Positions 1-12,470 of a stretch of 64,000 nt of DNA are shown here, one piece after another. Origin of the DNA: Verrucomicrobiota bacterium (GTDB taxonomy: Bacteria > Verrucomicrobiota > Verrucomicrobiia > Limisphaerales > J093); the NCBI GenBank assembly GCA_027493615.1, contig JAOSKK010000038.1, positions 1,005,562-1,069,561 on the forward strand. The letters are read 5' to 3'. Each line of letters opens with the position of its first letter. Positions within the stretch are counted from its first letter, which is position 1. The notes beneath the pieces are model-generated. The model saw nothing but the letters and a program-made list of their open reading frames with translations. It was not told the origin of the DNA and made no database searches. The translations under genes were made by a program, and so were the position numbers.

Positions 1-228
1 GTCCTGCGGGAGCCCGCTCCGGGCCAGCATCTTCAGTCGCCATGCATCGGCCTCCTCGTGACTGTGGAAGCGGTAAACACCGACCGGCGCCCACCGCAGC
101 TTGAGACTGCGGTGCATTTCCCGCGACAGCTCCAGCAAGGCCATACCCGCCTTGAGCGGGTCCGCCGGGGCCGTCCGCCGGCCCACTGTTCTTTCCACGG
201 TCTCTTCGACGTTGATGACCGGCTTCAT
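1..228 (-). CDS. Small hypothetical protein, runs off the window start (MKPVINVEETVERTVGRRT...GVYRFHSHEEADAW)
   Basis: Open frame from ATG at 228 to position 1 with no stop; absent from the ORF track. A TTGTGC-N16-TAAGGT promoter-like motif lies just upstream. Confidence 0.55.
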   Translation of the reverse strand, partial: MKPVINVEETVERTVGRRTAPADPLKAGMALLELSREMHRSLKLRWAPVGVYRFHSHEEADAWRLKMLARSGLPQD

Positions 229-290
229 CCTGGCGAACACCTTACGCCCCGTGGGGACCGGCACAAGCCGGGCAAGCGGGCGGCCGGAAG

Positions 291-1720
291 CTACGCCTCC
301 CGTTTCCGTCGCCGGGCGATGGCGTGGGTGGCGTGGCCGTAGAACACCTCGGCGCACTCCATCATCGTCTCGGAAAGCGTCGGATGGGGATGCACCGAGA
401 GGGCGAGATCCATCGCGGTGGCGCCCATCTCGATGGCCAGAACGCCTTCGGCGATGAGTTCGCCGGCGCCGTGGCCGACGATCCCGACGCCGAGCACGCG
501 TTCGGTGGCCGGATCCACCACCAGCTTGGTCATGCCATCGGGGCGATCGAAGGTGAGGGCGCGGCCGGAGGCGGACCAGGGGAACTTGACCACCTCGACC
601 TCGAGCCCCTTGGCCCGCGCCTCGGCCTCGGTGACACCGCACCAGGCGAGTTCGGGGTCGGTGAAGACGACGGCTGGAATGATGAAGTCATCGGCCGTGG
701 CTGACTCGCCGAGGATCCGTTCCACGGCGATGCGGGCTTCGCGGGAGGCCTTGTGGGCGAGCAGCACGCCCCCGGCGATATCGCCGATGGCGAGGATGGC
801 GGGGTCCTGCGTCTGCTGGTACTCGTCCACTTCGATGAAGCCCTTGTCATCGCGGGTGACGCGGGTGTTTTCGAGGCCGAGATCGTCGGCGTTTGGGACA
901 CGGCCGACCGAGACGAGGACCCGGTCGTAGAGCTCCTCGAGGCGTTCGCCGTTCCACTCGAGCACGACGCGGATCTGCGGCCCTTTGGTGGCCATGTCGA
1001 GCACCTTGGCGCGGGTGCGGATTTCCTTGAAGCGCTGGGCGGCGCGGTTGGCGATCGGTCGTGCGAGGTCCGGGTCGGCACCGGTCAGGATGTTCTCGGC
1101 CGCCTCGACGACGACGACCTGGCTGCCGAGCGTGGCATAGACGGTGCCGAGCTCCATGCCGATGTAACCGCCGCCCACCACCAGGAGTTTCGGGGGATTT
1201 CCTCGACGTCGAGCGCCTCGGTCGAGGTCATGATGCGCGGGTTGCCGAGGTCAAAGGCCTTGGGCATGGCGGCCTTCGAGCCGGTGGCCACGATGGCCTT
1301 CTGGTACTTGACGAACTGTTGTCCCGCGGCGGTCTCGACGCGGAGCGTGGTGGAGTCTTCGAAGTAGGCCCGGCCGGTGAGGACCTGGACCTGGCGGCGC
1401 TGGGCGAGCTGGCTGACGCCGTTGCCGAGCTTCTGGAGGATGGACTCCTTCCAGGCGCGCAGGCGGTTCAGGTCCACGCGCGGCTCGCCGAAGTCGAGGC
1501 CCCAATGGCTGGCTTCGCGGGCGACGTTGAGCGTGTGGGCGGCGTGGAGCAGGGCTTTCGACGGGATGCACCCGCAGTTAAGGCACACGCCGCCGAGGCG
1601 CGGTTCGCGTTCGACCAGCACGACCTTCTGGTCCAGGTCGGCGGCATAGAAGGCCGCGGTGTAACCGCCGGGGCCGGCGCCCACGACGACGAGGTCAGTC
1701 TGGATGGGTTCCATCTTCAA
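291..1720 (-). CDS. lpdA: Dihydrolipoyl dehydrogenase (E3), split by one frameshift near 1190
   Basis: GAGPGGY FAD motif, GGVCLNCGCIPSK redox disulfide, GGGYIG NAD motif, HPHPTLSE. ORFs 1085..1720 and 291..1181 join. Confidence 0.95.
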
Positions 1721-3061
1721 AGCTTCACAAGCGACTCGGCGAACTGTTCGAGCTCCTTGACCAGGTCGGTGATGAACCGGGCGGCGGTGCCGCCGTCGAT
1801 CACGCGGTGATCATACGACAACGCCAGCGGCATGAGGGTGCGCGGCTCGACGCGGCCGTCGCGCCACACGGGCTTTACGGCGCCTCGTCCCACGCCCAGG
1901 ATGGCCACCTCGGGCAGGTTGAGGATGGGCGTGAAGTGGGCGCCGCCGATGCCGCCCTGGTTGGAAATCGTGAACGTGCCGCCCTTCATGTCCTCGGCGG
2001 TGAGTTTGCGTTCCCGCGCCTTTTGGGCGAGGGCCTCGATCTCGCGGGAGAGTTCGACCAACGCCTTTTTGTCGGCGTCCCGGATCACCGGCACCATGAG
2101 GCCGGCCTCGGTATCGACGGCGAGGCCGAGGTGGTAGTAGGACTTGAGGACGAGACTCTCGCCGCCGGGGTCCAGGCTGGCGTTCAGCGTGGGGTGCTTG
2201 AGCAGCGTGTTGGCGACCGCCTTGACCACGAAGGGGGTGAGGGTGAGCTTCGTGCCTTTTTGCTGGTAGGCCTCGAGGTGCTGCTTCCGCAACTCGCCCA
2301 GCCGCGTGACGTCTGCCTCGTCGAACTGCGTGACGCGCGGCACGGTGGCCCAACTCTCGGCCATGCGACGGGCGATGGTCTGGCGCAAGGGCGAGAGGGG
2401 TTTCACGCTCACGGGGCCCCACTTGGAAAAATCGACGGCCTCGGCGCGGGGCCGGGCGGGGCGCCGGTCGTCGCGGCCCGCCTGGGCAGCCAGGCGTTGG
2501 AGCCGCTGGATGTAATGGCGGAGGTCCACCATCACGATCCGGCCGCCGCGCTCACTGCCGCGGACGCGGGCGAGGTCGATCCCGAGATCCTTGGCCAGAC
2601 GTCGCAGAGTCGGAGAGGCCGCGGGCGGGTGGGGGGAAGCCGGCGCGGCTTCGTCCTCTTCGCCTTCACCGGGCTCGGCAGCCTCCGCTGATTCAGGTTC
2701 GGGCTCGGGCTCGGGCTCGGGCTCGGGTTCAGATTTGGCGGCGCGAGCTGGACGGGCCTTGGCGGCCGGGGCTGTCTTGGGCTCGGCCGGGCGGGTCGCT
2801 TCGGCGACGGGGGCCGCGGCACTGCCGCCGCCGGAATCGAGGGCGATCAGGCGTTGGCCGACACTGACCTTGTCGCCGGGTTTGACGAACACCTGCGAGA
2901 CAGTCCCGGCGGCGGGCGACGGGATGGAAGCGACGGCCTTCTCGTTTTCGGAGTTCGAGAATCGCCTGCTCTTTCTTAATTGTGTCGCCGGCCTTGACGA
3001 ACACGCTGACGACCACACCGGAGTCTGCGCCTTCGCCCAGCTTGGGGAGTTTGACATCCAT
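1717..3061 (-). CDS. 2-oxo-acid dehydrogenase E2 (dihydrolipoamide acyltransferase), frameshift near 2950
   Basis: Lipoyl domain (MDVKLPKLGEG...ENEKA), E3-binding domain (ASPTLRRLAKDLGIDL), catalytic SYDHRVIDG; adjacent to lpdA. Confidence 0.93.
2695..2730 (-). repeat. Hexamer tandem (GAGCCC)n encoding the Glu-Pro linker of E2
   Basis: ggctcg repeated; translates as EPEPEPEPEPEP. Confidence 0.85.
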
Positions 3062-3396
3062 ACGTTCAGGTCCGCACGGCGGGGCTGCGACTGACGGGTC
3101 TGGCCCGCCGGTGAACCACCGCGGCGGCCAAGTTCGGGGGGAGGACGACGACTGACAAGCAGAAATCCTGTGGTCCACCGCCCCTGCCCGGCGGGAGCGT
3201 CTCCGAGCCAGCCTGCCTTTCGTTCCTGTCCCCAGTTCTGGTGACTGGTGCGGAGGGGGGAAGGGGTAGAGTCATGGCGCAGTTGCGATGCAAATACGCA
3301 GGATTCCGTGTGTGCAGTGAGGCGTAAGTCTGCGGCGCCGCATCGAGCAGAGACATGGTTCTCAGAACGGGCCGGATCTCCATCCGGCCCATTTCT

Positions 3397-4323
3397 TTGG
3401 TCTTGTACCTCGGCATCGAAATTGGCGGCACCAAGCTGCAGGTAGTGGTGGGGGACGCGGACGGCGTGATCCACGAGCGTTTTCGGTTCGGGGTACGGGC
3501 GGAGGAAGGCGGGGCGGGCATCCGCCGGCACATCGCTGACACGATCGAACGCCTTCGTCCCCATCCGTCGCTGCGGGGCATCGGGGTCGGTTACGGCGGC
3601 CCTGTGGACTGGCGCACGGGCCGGGTTTGTTGTTCGCACCACGTGGTGGGGTGGTCCGAGTTCCCGCTGGGCGACTGGCTGCGCGAGTTGAGCGGTTTGC
3701 CGGTGACGGTGGACAATGACGCGAACGTGGCGGCGCTGGGCGAGGCCCGACGCGGTGCCGGGCAAGGTCACAATCCGGTGCTGTACGCGACGCTGGGGAG
3801 CGGCGTGGGGGGGCCTGGTTGTGGATGGGCGGATTTACCATGGGGCCACGCCGGGGAGGTCGAACTGGGCCATGTCCGGCTGGATCGGGCGGGCACGACG
3901 GTCGAGTCGCGCTGCGCGGGGTGGGCCGTGGACCGTCGTATTCGCGCCCTGGCAGCCGCTGAGCCGGGAGGGGTACTGGCACGGTTGACGGCGGGGATGT
4001 CGCGCGGGGAGGCCCGGCATCTGGGGGCAGCGCTGGCGGCCGGGGATCCCGCGGCGTGGGGGCTACTTGAAGAGACGGCCCGGGACCTGGCATTCGGCCT
4101 GTCGCATGCGGTGCACCTCCTTCACCCGGCGGTGGTCGTGCTGGGTGGCGGGCTCTCGCTGTTGGGGGAACCGCTCCGGGCGGCGGTGGCGGCCGGGCTC
4201 CCCGGGTTCGTGATGGACGCCTTCAAACCCGGCCCAGAAGTCCGATTGGCGGGGTTGGCGGAAGATGCGGTCCCGGTGGGCGCGCTGTTGTCTGCGGCCG
4301 GCGCGCTGGTTGCCGACCGGTAG
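3397..4323 (+). CDS. ROK-family sugar kinase
   Basis: LGIEIGGTK, DNDANVAALGE, GSGVG, ELGH. A short compensated out-of-frame stretch at about 3810-3855 carries GGLVVDGRIYHG in another frame. Confidence 0.9.
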   Translation: MVLYLGIEIGGTKLQVVVGDADGVIHERFRFGVRAEEGGAGIRRHIADTIERLRPHPSLRGIGVGYGGPVDWRTGRVCCSHHVVGWSEFPLGDWLRELSGLPVTVDNDANVAALGEARRGAGQGHNPVLYATLGSGVGGPGCGWADLPWGHAGEVELGHVRLDRAGTTVESRCAGWAVDRRIRALAAAEPGGVLARLTAGMSRGEARHLGAALAAGDPAAWGLLEETARDLAFGLSHAVHLLHPAVVVLGGGLSLLGEPLRAAVAAGLPGFVMDAFKPGPEVRLAGLAEDAVPVGALLSAAGALVADR

Positions 4324-4414
4324 GGGCCGACGTGAGGGGCAAAGCGGCCCGGGCTTCCGCGCCAGCGCGCTCTCACGTCGCCTCCTCACGTCGCCTCCTC
4401 ACGTCGGCGCCTAC
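4320..4414. repeat. GTAG-type REP-like palindromic element (family A)
   Basis: GTAGGGGCCGACGTGAGG ... CCTCCTCACGTCGGCGCCTAC. Contains the ROK stop codon; right arm partly tandem-duplicated. Confidence 0.85.
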
Positions 4415-4435
4415 GGGCGGGCGCGGGGAGGGGGT

Positions 4436-5476
4436 TCAGAACGTCCAGGCCAGGCCGGCGGTGCAGCCGAACGACTCGGTGAAATCCAGGCGGGCGCGAT
4501 GGCCGCCGGTCTCGAACTCGATGCGGTCGGTCATGAGGTATTCGACGCTGGCGACGATGCCCAGGCTGCGGGAGAGGGCGAGGAGGAACTGGCCGCGTAC
4601 ATACGCGCCGAAAACCCAGTCCTGCTGCGAGACGGAACCGGACTGCGACCGGAGGGTTCCGCCTTCGGCGAGAATCACGTTTTCGTTGAACGTGTAGTCG
4701 GAATCGGCGTAGAGGACGTGCAGGCCCCCGCTGATCTGGAGGGAGAGCGGCTTGCCCATGGAGACATCCAGGCTGGGTCCAAGGCGGAGGCCGACGGCCA
4801 TGGTCTCGATCTTGCGGTCGCCGGTGTAGCTGACCTGGCGGTCGAGCGTGGTGCGTGTCGGGGTGTCGCCGATGACGGGTCCCGGCCCTTCGAAGGTCCC
4901 CCGATACGGGGCCGCGGGCGGCACCACCCCGCCGAGGCTGAACGCATCGGTGACGGAGGTCAGCAGGCCGCTCAGGGACGAGCTGTCCTTGATCTCGAGG
5001 GGCATGAAGGATCCGCCCAACTCGAGGCCCCAATTGGCGCGGCCCCACTCGAAGAGGTAGCGCGTGTAGGTCAATTCCCCGCCGACGTACGGGTCACCGG
5101 TGACCTCGCGCTCGGGGGTCCGGCCCACGCTGGTCAAGGCGTTCAGCCTCAGGTTGTCACCCGCAAGATCGACCTGCGCAGCCTGGTCGTAACCCCAGTA
5201 CCACGTCTTCCCTTCGGCGTTGCCGCTGTTGTCCAACCGGACATAACCGTCGTCATAGACGCGGTCCACGCCGCCGCCCGTGGGCGGTCCGGGCTGAGCG
5301 GTCGGTGAGGCTAGCGCACTGCTGAACCCGGCGCGGACATTGAACCCGACACGGGGTCCGAAGGTGAGACGGTTGGGTTGCTCGATGGGCTCGCCGGCTT
5401 CCAGCGCCGGGACGGCCGCCACGGCGGCCAGAAGCGAGACGGAGACCGAGACCGGGACAGAGGAACGTTGGGTCAT
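4436..5476 (-). CDS. Putative outer-membrane beta-barrel protein
   Basis: Signal peptide, alternating hydrophobic beta-strand pattern, C-terminal aromatic beta-signal (GLAWTF). Confidence 0.7.
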   Translation of the reverse strand: MTQRSSVPVSVSVSLLAAVAAVPALEAGEPIEQPNRLTFGPRVGFNVRAGFSSALASPTAQPGPPTGGGVDRVYDDGYVRLDNSGNAEGKTWYWGYDQAAQVDLAGDNLRLNALTSVGRTPEREVTGDPYVGGELTYTRYLFEWGRANWGLELGGSFMPLEIKDSSSLSGLLTSVTDAFSLGGVVPPAAPYRGTFEGPGPVIGDTPTRTTLDRQVSYTGDRKIETMAVGLRLGPSLDVSMGKPLSLQISGGLHVLYADSDYTFNENVILAEGGTLRSQSGSVSQQDWVFGAYVRGQFLLALSRSLGIVASVEYLMTDRIEFETGGHRARLDFTESFGCTAGLAWTF

Positions 5477-5505
5477 GGAGACAGGGGATTTCGGAGGTTC
5501 GGATT

Positions 5506-7333
5506 TCAAGGCAGTTCGAGCACACGGTAAAAGCGGCTGGACGGAGCCGGGTCCGGATCGGTCGGCGCGACAAGATCCCACCAGCTCAGGCGGTTGGAGG
5601 TTGCGCTGAGGCCAGGGGCGAAGCTGCGCCAACAGTCCGAGATCAAGACGCGGTACTGGACGAGGTAACGACGCGAGGGCAAGGAGTTCCAGTCCAGGCG
5701 CAATCCCTCGGGTTCGAGGGTCGCGTCGACGACGAGCGGCGGACGTCCGGGTTCGGGCGGAACATCAGCACCCCCTCCCGCGTGTCCGGCCGCCTCGTAA
5801 AGCGGGGTCGGCACCGGCTGGCGATCCGCGCGATAGAGTTCGACGATGAACTCGATGGTTTCGCCCGCAGCCACCGCACGGCCCAGGTGGAGATAGGGAC
5901 GGCCGTTCTCCATGCCGTTGCGGTTCAGGACGAGCGTGTTGGTCGCCACCCCGGCAAGCCACAAGCGCACGCCCGGCAGGGGCGTCCGGCCGCCATGGGT
6001 GAACCGCACGGTCTGCTCGAACCACCCACGCTGCGCGTCGAAGGCGGGTGCCCCCACCGGTTCGAGGGGAAGGGCTTCGGCGACGAGGACGAGGTTGGTC
6101 GCGACGTTGTTCTCGAGATTGGGGTCCTGCATGCGCCGCGGGCTGCCGTCCTCGGGCGTGCCGGGTCGTGGTGCGGTCGGGAGGACGGAAGCCACGTGGG
6201 TGAGTTCGCCTTCAAGGGTGGGTTGCACGACCAGCGTGAGCCGGGCAGTGCTTCCGTTGGTCATCAGGCCCAGATGACAGACCACCAACTCGTCGGTGAC
6301 CACCGGCCGGCCTGGGGTGGCGTTCGCCTGCAGGACAAACACGCCCGTGGGCAGCCGGTTGGTTAGGACTACCTCGCCGGCGTCGTCGGGGCCTTGGTTG
6401 GTCACGACTATCGTACAGGTCAGGGCCATGCCGACCCGCGCGGTCGCCGGTGCCGCGGTCAGGGTGAGGGCGAGGTCAGCGCGGTCGGTGGGAGGTTCGG
6501 CGACGTCCACGATTGCCGACGCGACGTTGTTTGCCTGGTAGGGGCCGGGATCGTTCACCCGCGCGGTGAGGGTCAGCGGGCCATCCACTTGCAGGGCGCA
6601 AAGTGACACGCAAGGGTTCCGTGCCGTCGGGGGCAGGGTCAAGTCGGAGAACCGGACGCGGCCTTCCTCGACAATGGCTTCGGGAGAGGCGCTGACGAAG
6701 TCGACGAGGTCGGGGAGGTCGAGTACGACCTCGAGACCCGTCAGGGAGGGGCGTCCGGCGGGGCCTTCGCTGCGGTTGGCGAGCGTGATGGTGCAGGGGG
6801 AGGGCGTTGCCCGCGACCACGGTGTTGGTGGGGCCGGCGAGGGTGAGCGCGGCGTCTTCCCAGTAAGTCATCTCCACTTGGACCGGGCGGCAGTCCGAGA
6901 GGTCGGAGGTGGCGCCGGTGGCATCCCGGGTGCGAGCGACGATCTGCTGGGTGTCGTTGAGCGGGATCGGGAGCACGAGTTGGAAGGCGGCGTGGCCGGC
7001 AGCATCGGTGGGGGCGTCGATTTCGGCGAGAGGTTGAAAATCGACCGGGAGTTGGTCGTCTCCGCAGCCGGTGACCGTCCAGAGCAGGATCTGGTAAGGG
7101 GTCTCGGGTTGGGCGTCGAGCTGCCCCGCCACGCGCGAGCCGAGGTCACGCCGCGACGCCAGCGTCAAGATGGGTGCGGGCGGCCGGGCGGGCTCGGGCG
7201 GATCGGTGGAGTCCGCCTCCGCAGCGTGGGCCGCGGCCCCCAGTGTGCTCAGCAGCAACGCAGCCGCCCACGCGCGCGGACCGGGGACAGGTATCCGGCC
7301 GGCACGCCGTCGGGGCAGGGTGCGCGGCTGCAT
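5506..7333 (-). CDS. Secreted DUF11-repeat protein with C-terminal FYR-motif domain, frameshift near 6800
   Basis: Signal peptide (AALLLSTLGAAAHAA), DUF11 motifs (ADLALTLTA...VTNQGPDDA...DPNLENN), ends SRFYRVLELP. Confidence 0.75.
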
Positions 7334-7558
7334 GCGCAGGAGGGTGCCTCTGCGAGGGGGAGCGCGCCAGCGTTTTCCGGTCGGGCCGGCTGCGCCGGGA
7401 ACCTGGGGAGCGGGCTTCCAGCCTGCACTCGCGGTCCGGCAACGCGACGGTGGAGCCGCGGATCAGATGCACCTTTGCCCCTCCCTGTTCCGGGTACCGG
7501 GGCTTGACGCAAGTCATCGTCCGGTGGTTCATGACCCGAACACTTGCCCGCTGTGACT

Positions 7559-9588
7559 ATGAACCCGCCTTGCCCTTCCTCCACGCCCGTGCCGTGCCGG
7601 TCCTCGTTCGGGATGTTCCCGACGGCCCTCTGGTCCGCCGTTCTGCTACTCGCTCCGCCCGCCTCGTTGTCCGCCGCGGAAACCGTCTGGCTGTCCGAGC
7701 TGGACCTGACGATGGTCCGGCAGAGCTGGGGCGAGGCGCAGCGCGACCGTTCTGTGACCGGCAAGCCCCTGAGCATCGCCGGCCAGACCTATGACCGGGG
7801 CGTGGGGACGCACGCGCGAAGCGTGGTCTGGCTGGATCTGGCCGGGGGCAGCGAACGCTTCCAGGCCGTGGTGGGCGTCGATGACGCGACGACGAGTGAC
7901 AGTGCCAGCATCGCCTTCCAGATCGCCGGCGATGGCCGCAAGCTTTGGGACTCCGGCGTCCTCCGGCGCCGTCAGCCCGCCAAGACCGTGGATCTCGAGG
8001 TCCGCGGCGTGCGCAGCCTCATGTTGCTCGTGACCGACGCCGGCGACGGGGTCAGCTACGACCACGCGAACTGGGCGGAGGCGCGTTTCCTGGTCACCGG
8101 CGCGCGCCCGCGGACGGTGCCGGCACCGGTGGAGGAGGTGGTGATCTTGACCCCGAAACCCGGGCCCGCGCCGCGGATCAACAGCCCGCGCGTGACCGGT
8201 TGCCGGCCCGGAAATCCCTTCCTGTTCCGCATCCCGGCCCAAGGCGAACGTCCGATGACCTTCACGGCCAGCCCGCTGCCGGCCGGGCTGACCCTCGACG
8301 CGGACACCGGGATCCTGCGCGGCACCGCTCCGGCCCGCGGCGAATACGCGTTGAATCTCGTGGCGCGCAACCGGCATGGGACCGCCCAAAGTACACTCCG
8401 CATTGTAGCCGGGGACACCCTGGCGCTGACCCCGACGATGGGTTGGAACCACTGGTACACCCACTACGACCGCATCACCGACCGGCTCATGCGCGAGGCG
8501 GCCGACGTGATGGTGCGCAGCGGCATGGCCGATGTCGGCTACCAGTACGTCAGCATCGACGACTGCTGGATGAACGCCGCCAAGCACTCCGATCCGCTGC
8601 GTGTCGGGCCGCATCGGGATGCCGCGGGGAATTTGCTGCCGAACAAGCATTTTCCCGACATGAATGCGCTCACCGAGCACATCCATCGCCTCGGTCTGAA
8701 GGCCGGGACGTACATCTCGCCCGGCCCCCGCACCTGCGCGGGATTCGCGGGTTCCTGGCAGCACGAGGCGCGCGACGCCCGCCAGTTCGCCGACTGGGGG
8801 TTCGACCTGCTCAAGTACGACTGGTGCTCGTACGGCGAGATCGCCGCGAAGGACCCGGACCCGGAGCTGGTGAAGTTCAAGAAGCCCTACGTGCTGATGG
8901 GCCGCCTGCTGCGGGAACAGCCGCGGGACATCGTGCTCAACCTCTGCCAGTACGGGATGGGCGACGTCTGGAAGTGGGGCGCGGAGGTGGGTGGCCATTC
9001 CTGGCGCACCGCGGGGGATCTGGGCTTCGAGCTGGACCGCATCTTCGAGGTGGCGCTTAAGAACGCCGAACACCGCGACTGGCAGCGGCCCGGCGCCTGG
9101 AACGACCCCGACTACATCCAGATCGGCTACATTGGCAACGCCCACGGCATGGGCGAACCGCGGCCCTGCCCCTGACCCCGAGCGAGCAATACGCCTTCAT
9201 GTCGCTGTGGTGCCTCATGGCGTCCCCGCTGTTCTTCAGCGGAGACATGGGGCGGCTGGACGAGTTCACGGTGAACGTGTTGTGCAACCCCGAGCTCATC
9301 GAGGTGAACCAGGATCCCCTGGGACAATGCGGCCGGGTGGTGCCGCTCGCCGACGAGACCTTTGCGATGATCAAGGACCTGGCGGACGGCTCGAAGGCGG
9401 TGGGGCTGTTCAACCGGGGCGAGTTTCCGACGACCGTCACGGCGGCCTGGCCGGCGCTGGGGCTCGACGGCCGGTACCGGGCCCGTGATCTGTGGCGGCA
9501 ACAGGACGTGGGGCTCCGGCAGGAGAGCCTCGCGGCGCCGGTGCCCCGCCGTGGCGGTGCCGTCTATCGTCTCTGGCGCAGCGAGTAG
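7559..9588 (+). CDS. GH27 alpha-galactosidase-like glycosidase with NPCBM and Ig-like domains, frameshift near 9170 (alternative start 7613)
   Basis: NPCBM (RGVGTHA, DHANWAEA), TPTMGWNHW, IDDCW, LKYDWC, WRTAGDL, WNDPD. Confidence 0.9.
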
Positions 9589-9592
9589 TCGC

Positions 9593-9909
9593 CGCACTCC
9601 ACACGCTCCGCGCCAGCCCACCGCATGCGAGTTCGCGAAGCGCCTGGAGTGCGAGCGCTTCAGCGCCGCTTTGGGCGGGGGGATGAACGCAAAGCGCTGC
9701 TGGAAGACAGCGCACTCCACACGCTCCGCGCCAGCCCACCGCATGCGAGTTCGCGAAGCGCCTGGAGTGCGAGCGCTTCAGCGCCGCTTTGGGCGGGGGG
9801 ATGAACGCAAAGCGCTGCTGGAAGACAGCGCACTCCACACGCTCCGCGCCAGCCCACCGCATGCGAGTTCGCGAAGCGCCTGGAGTGCGAGCGCTTCAGC
9901 GCCGCTTTG
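9593..9909. repeat. About 2.7 tandem copies of a 118-bp palindromic unit (family B)
   Basis: Units start at 9593, 9711 and 9829 and read as identical; GCACTCCA...TGGAGTGC inverted arms. Confidence 0.9.
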
Positions 9910-9919
9910 CGTAGCGTAG

Positions 9920-11111
<1,192 letters not shown>

Positions 11112-11132
11112 GCGTCTCTGAGGCTCCCATCC

Positions 11133-11167
11133 AAGGCGGCGGTCCGATCCCGGACCGCCGCCTTTTT
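11133..11167 (+). terminator. Rho-independent terminator after gap
   Basis: AAGGCGGCGGTCCG-atcc-CGGACCGCCGCC followed by TTTTT. Confidence 0.85.
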
Positions 11168-11186
11168 CACCCCGGCATTTTGGCCG

Positions 11187-11216
11187 TTGACAGTCTCTGG
11201 CGGGGGGCCCTAGCCT
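11187..11216 (+). promoter_or_regulatory. Sigma70-like promoter of rpsU
   Basis: TTGACA-N18-TAGCCT. Confidence 0.55.
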
Positions 11217-11294
11217 ACGCGCCCTGACCGGAGGGGTGCGGAGGACACGGAAGTGGCGCCGCCCCAGGTCCCGTGGAGAGGAAGTGAACTCGAT

Positions 11295-11492
11295 TTGACC
11301 GAAATCCGATTGAAAAAAGGCGAGGCGGTCGAAAAGGCCCTTCGCCGGCTCAAGAAGCGGGTGGACCGCGAAGGCACCCTTCGCGAAGTCCGCAACCACC
11401 GCCACTTTGAGAAACCCAGCGAGCGGAGGCGACGCAAGATGAAAGTCGCCCGATTCAACGCCATGCTGTCGGCGCGCTACGCCGATCTCTGA
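11295..11492 (+). CDS. rpsU: 30S ribosomal protein S21
   Basis: TTG start; EKALRRLKK...RHFEKPSERRRRK. Confidence 0.93.
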   Translation: MTEIRLKKGEAVEKALRRLKKRVDREGTLREVRNHRHFEKPSERRRRKMKVARFNAMLSARYADL

Positions 11493-11555
11493 CGGAAAGT
11501 TTGCCAGGCAGGGCCGAGCGCCGGGCCTTTCGCCCTGCGCTCGGCCCTGACCTTT

Positions 11556-12470
11556 ATGTACTCGCTCTCGACCTGCTGGAACTCGGATCGTCACACGGAT
11601 GGCCATGCCATGTTGCGGGAGATCCGCGATCTCGGCTTCGCCTATGCGGAACTCAGCCACGGGATCCGGTTGAGCCTCGTCCCCGGCATCCTCGACGCCG
11701 TCGCCGCCGGTGTCATCCGCATCACCACCCTCCACAATTTCTGCCCGTTACCCATCGGCGTGACCCGGGCGGCCCCGAACGTCTTCAAGTTCACTTCGTT
11801 GGATCGCAAGGAGCGGGACAATGCGCTGCGGCACACGCTGAAAACCCTCGAGTTTGCCGAGCGTGTCCAGGCGCAATTGGTGGTCTTGCACCTGGGCGCG
11901 ATCGACATGTACGACTACACCGACAAGCTCCTCGAACTGGCCGAGGCCGGGAAACGGGAGACGCCGAAATACCAGAAGCTCTGCGCCGAAGCGGAGGCAA
12001 AGCGGGAAGCGCGGAAGGAGCGGCACCAGGAAGCCGCCTATGAGTTGCTGCGGCAGATCGAGGAAGACGCGCGCCGGCGCGGTCTCCTGTTGGGGGTGGA
12101 GAACCGCGAGGCCCTCGAGGAAATCCCGTTCGAGAGCGACTTCCAGTTCTTCCTGCACGAGTTCCGCGGGGGGCCGGTGCGGTACTGGCACGACACCGGC
12201 CACGCGCAGATCAAGGAGAACCTCGGGTTCATCCAACACGCGCTGCACCTGGAGTCGCTGGCGGACGCGCTGGCCGGCTTTCACATCCACGACGTGGTCT
12301 TCCCAGGCCGGGATCACCGCCCGCCGGGACAGGGGATGATCGACTTTGCGGGGTTGCGTCCGTATGTGCGGCCGGAGCACATCAAGGTGCTCGAGATGAG
12401 CCCGTCGCTCACGGCCGAGGAAGTGCTGGCCGGGGCGAACCATATCCGGTCCCTTTGGGGCGACGAGTGA
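11556..12470 (+). CDS. Sugar phosphate isomerase/epimerase-family TIM-barrel protein
   Basis: GVENRE, WHDTGH, FHIHD, DHRPPGQG metal ligands. Confidence 0.85.
   Translation: MYSLSTCWNSDRHTDGHAMLREIRDLGFAYAELSHGIRLSLVPGILDAVAAGVIRITTLHNFCPLPIGVTRAAPNVFKFTSLDRKERDNALRHTLKTLEFAERVQAQLVVLHLGAIDMYDYTDKLLELAEAGKRETPKYQKLCAEAEAKREARKERHQEAAYELLRQIEEDARRRGLLLGVENREALEEIPFESDFQFFLHEFRGGPVRYWHDTGHAQIKENLGFIQHALHLESLADALAGFHIHDVVFPGRDHRPPGQGMIDFAGLRPYVRPEHIKVLEMSPSLTAEEVLAGANHIRSLWGDE

Noticed and set aside
9593-9909. CRISPR array
   Set aside because: Units are identical 118-mers with no unique spacers, and there are no cas genes.
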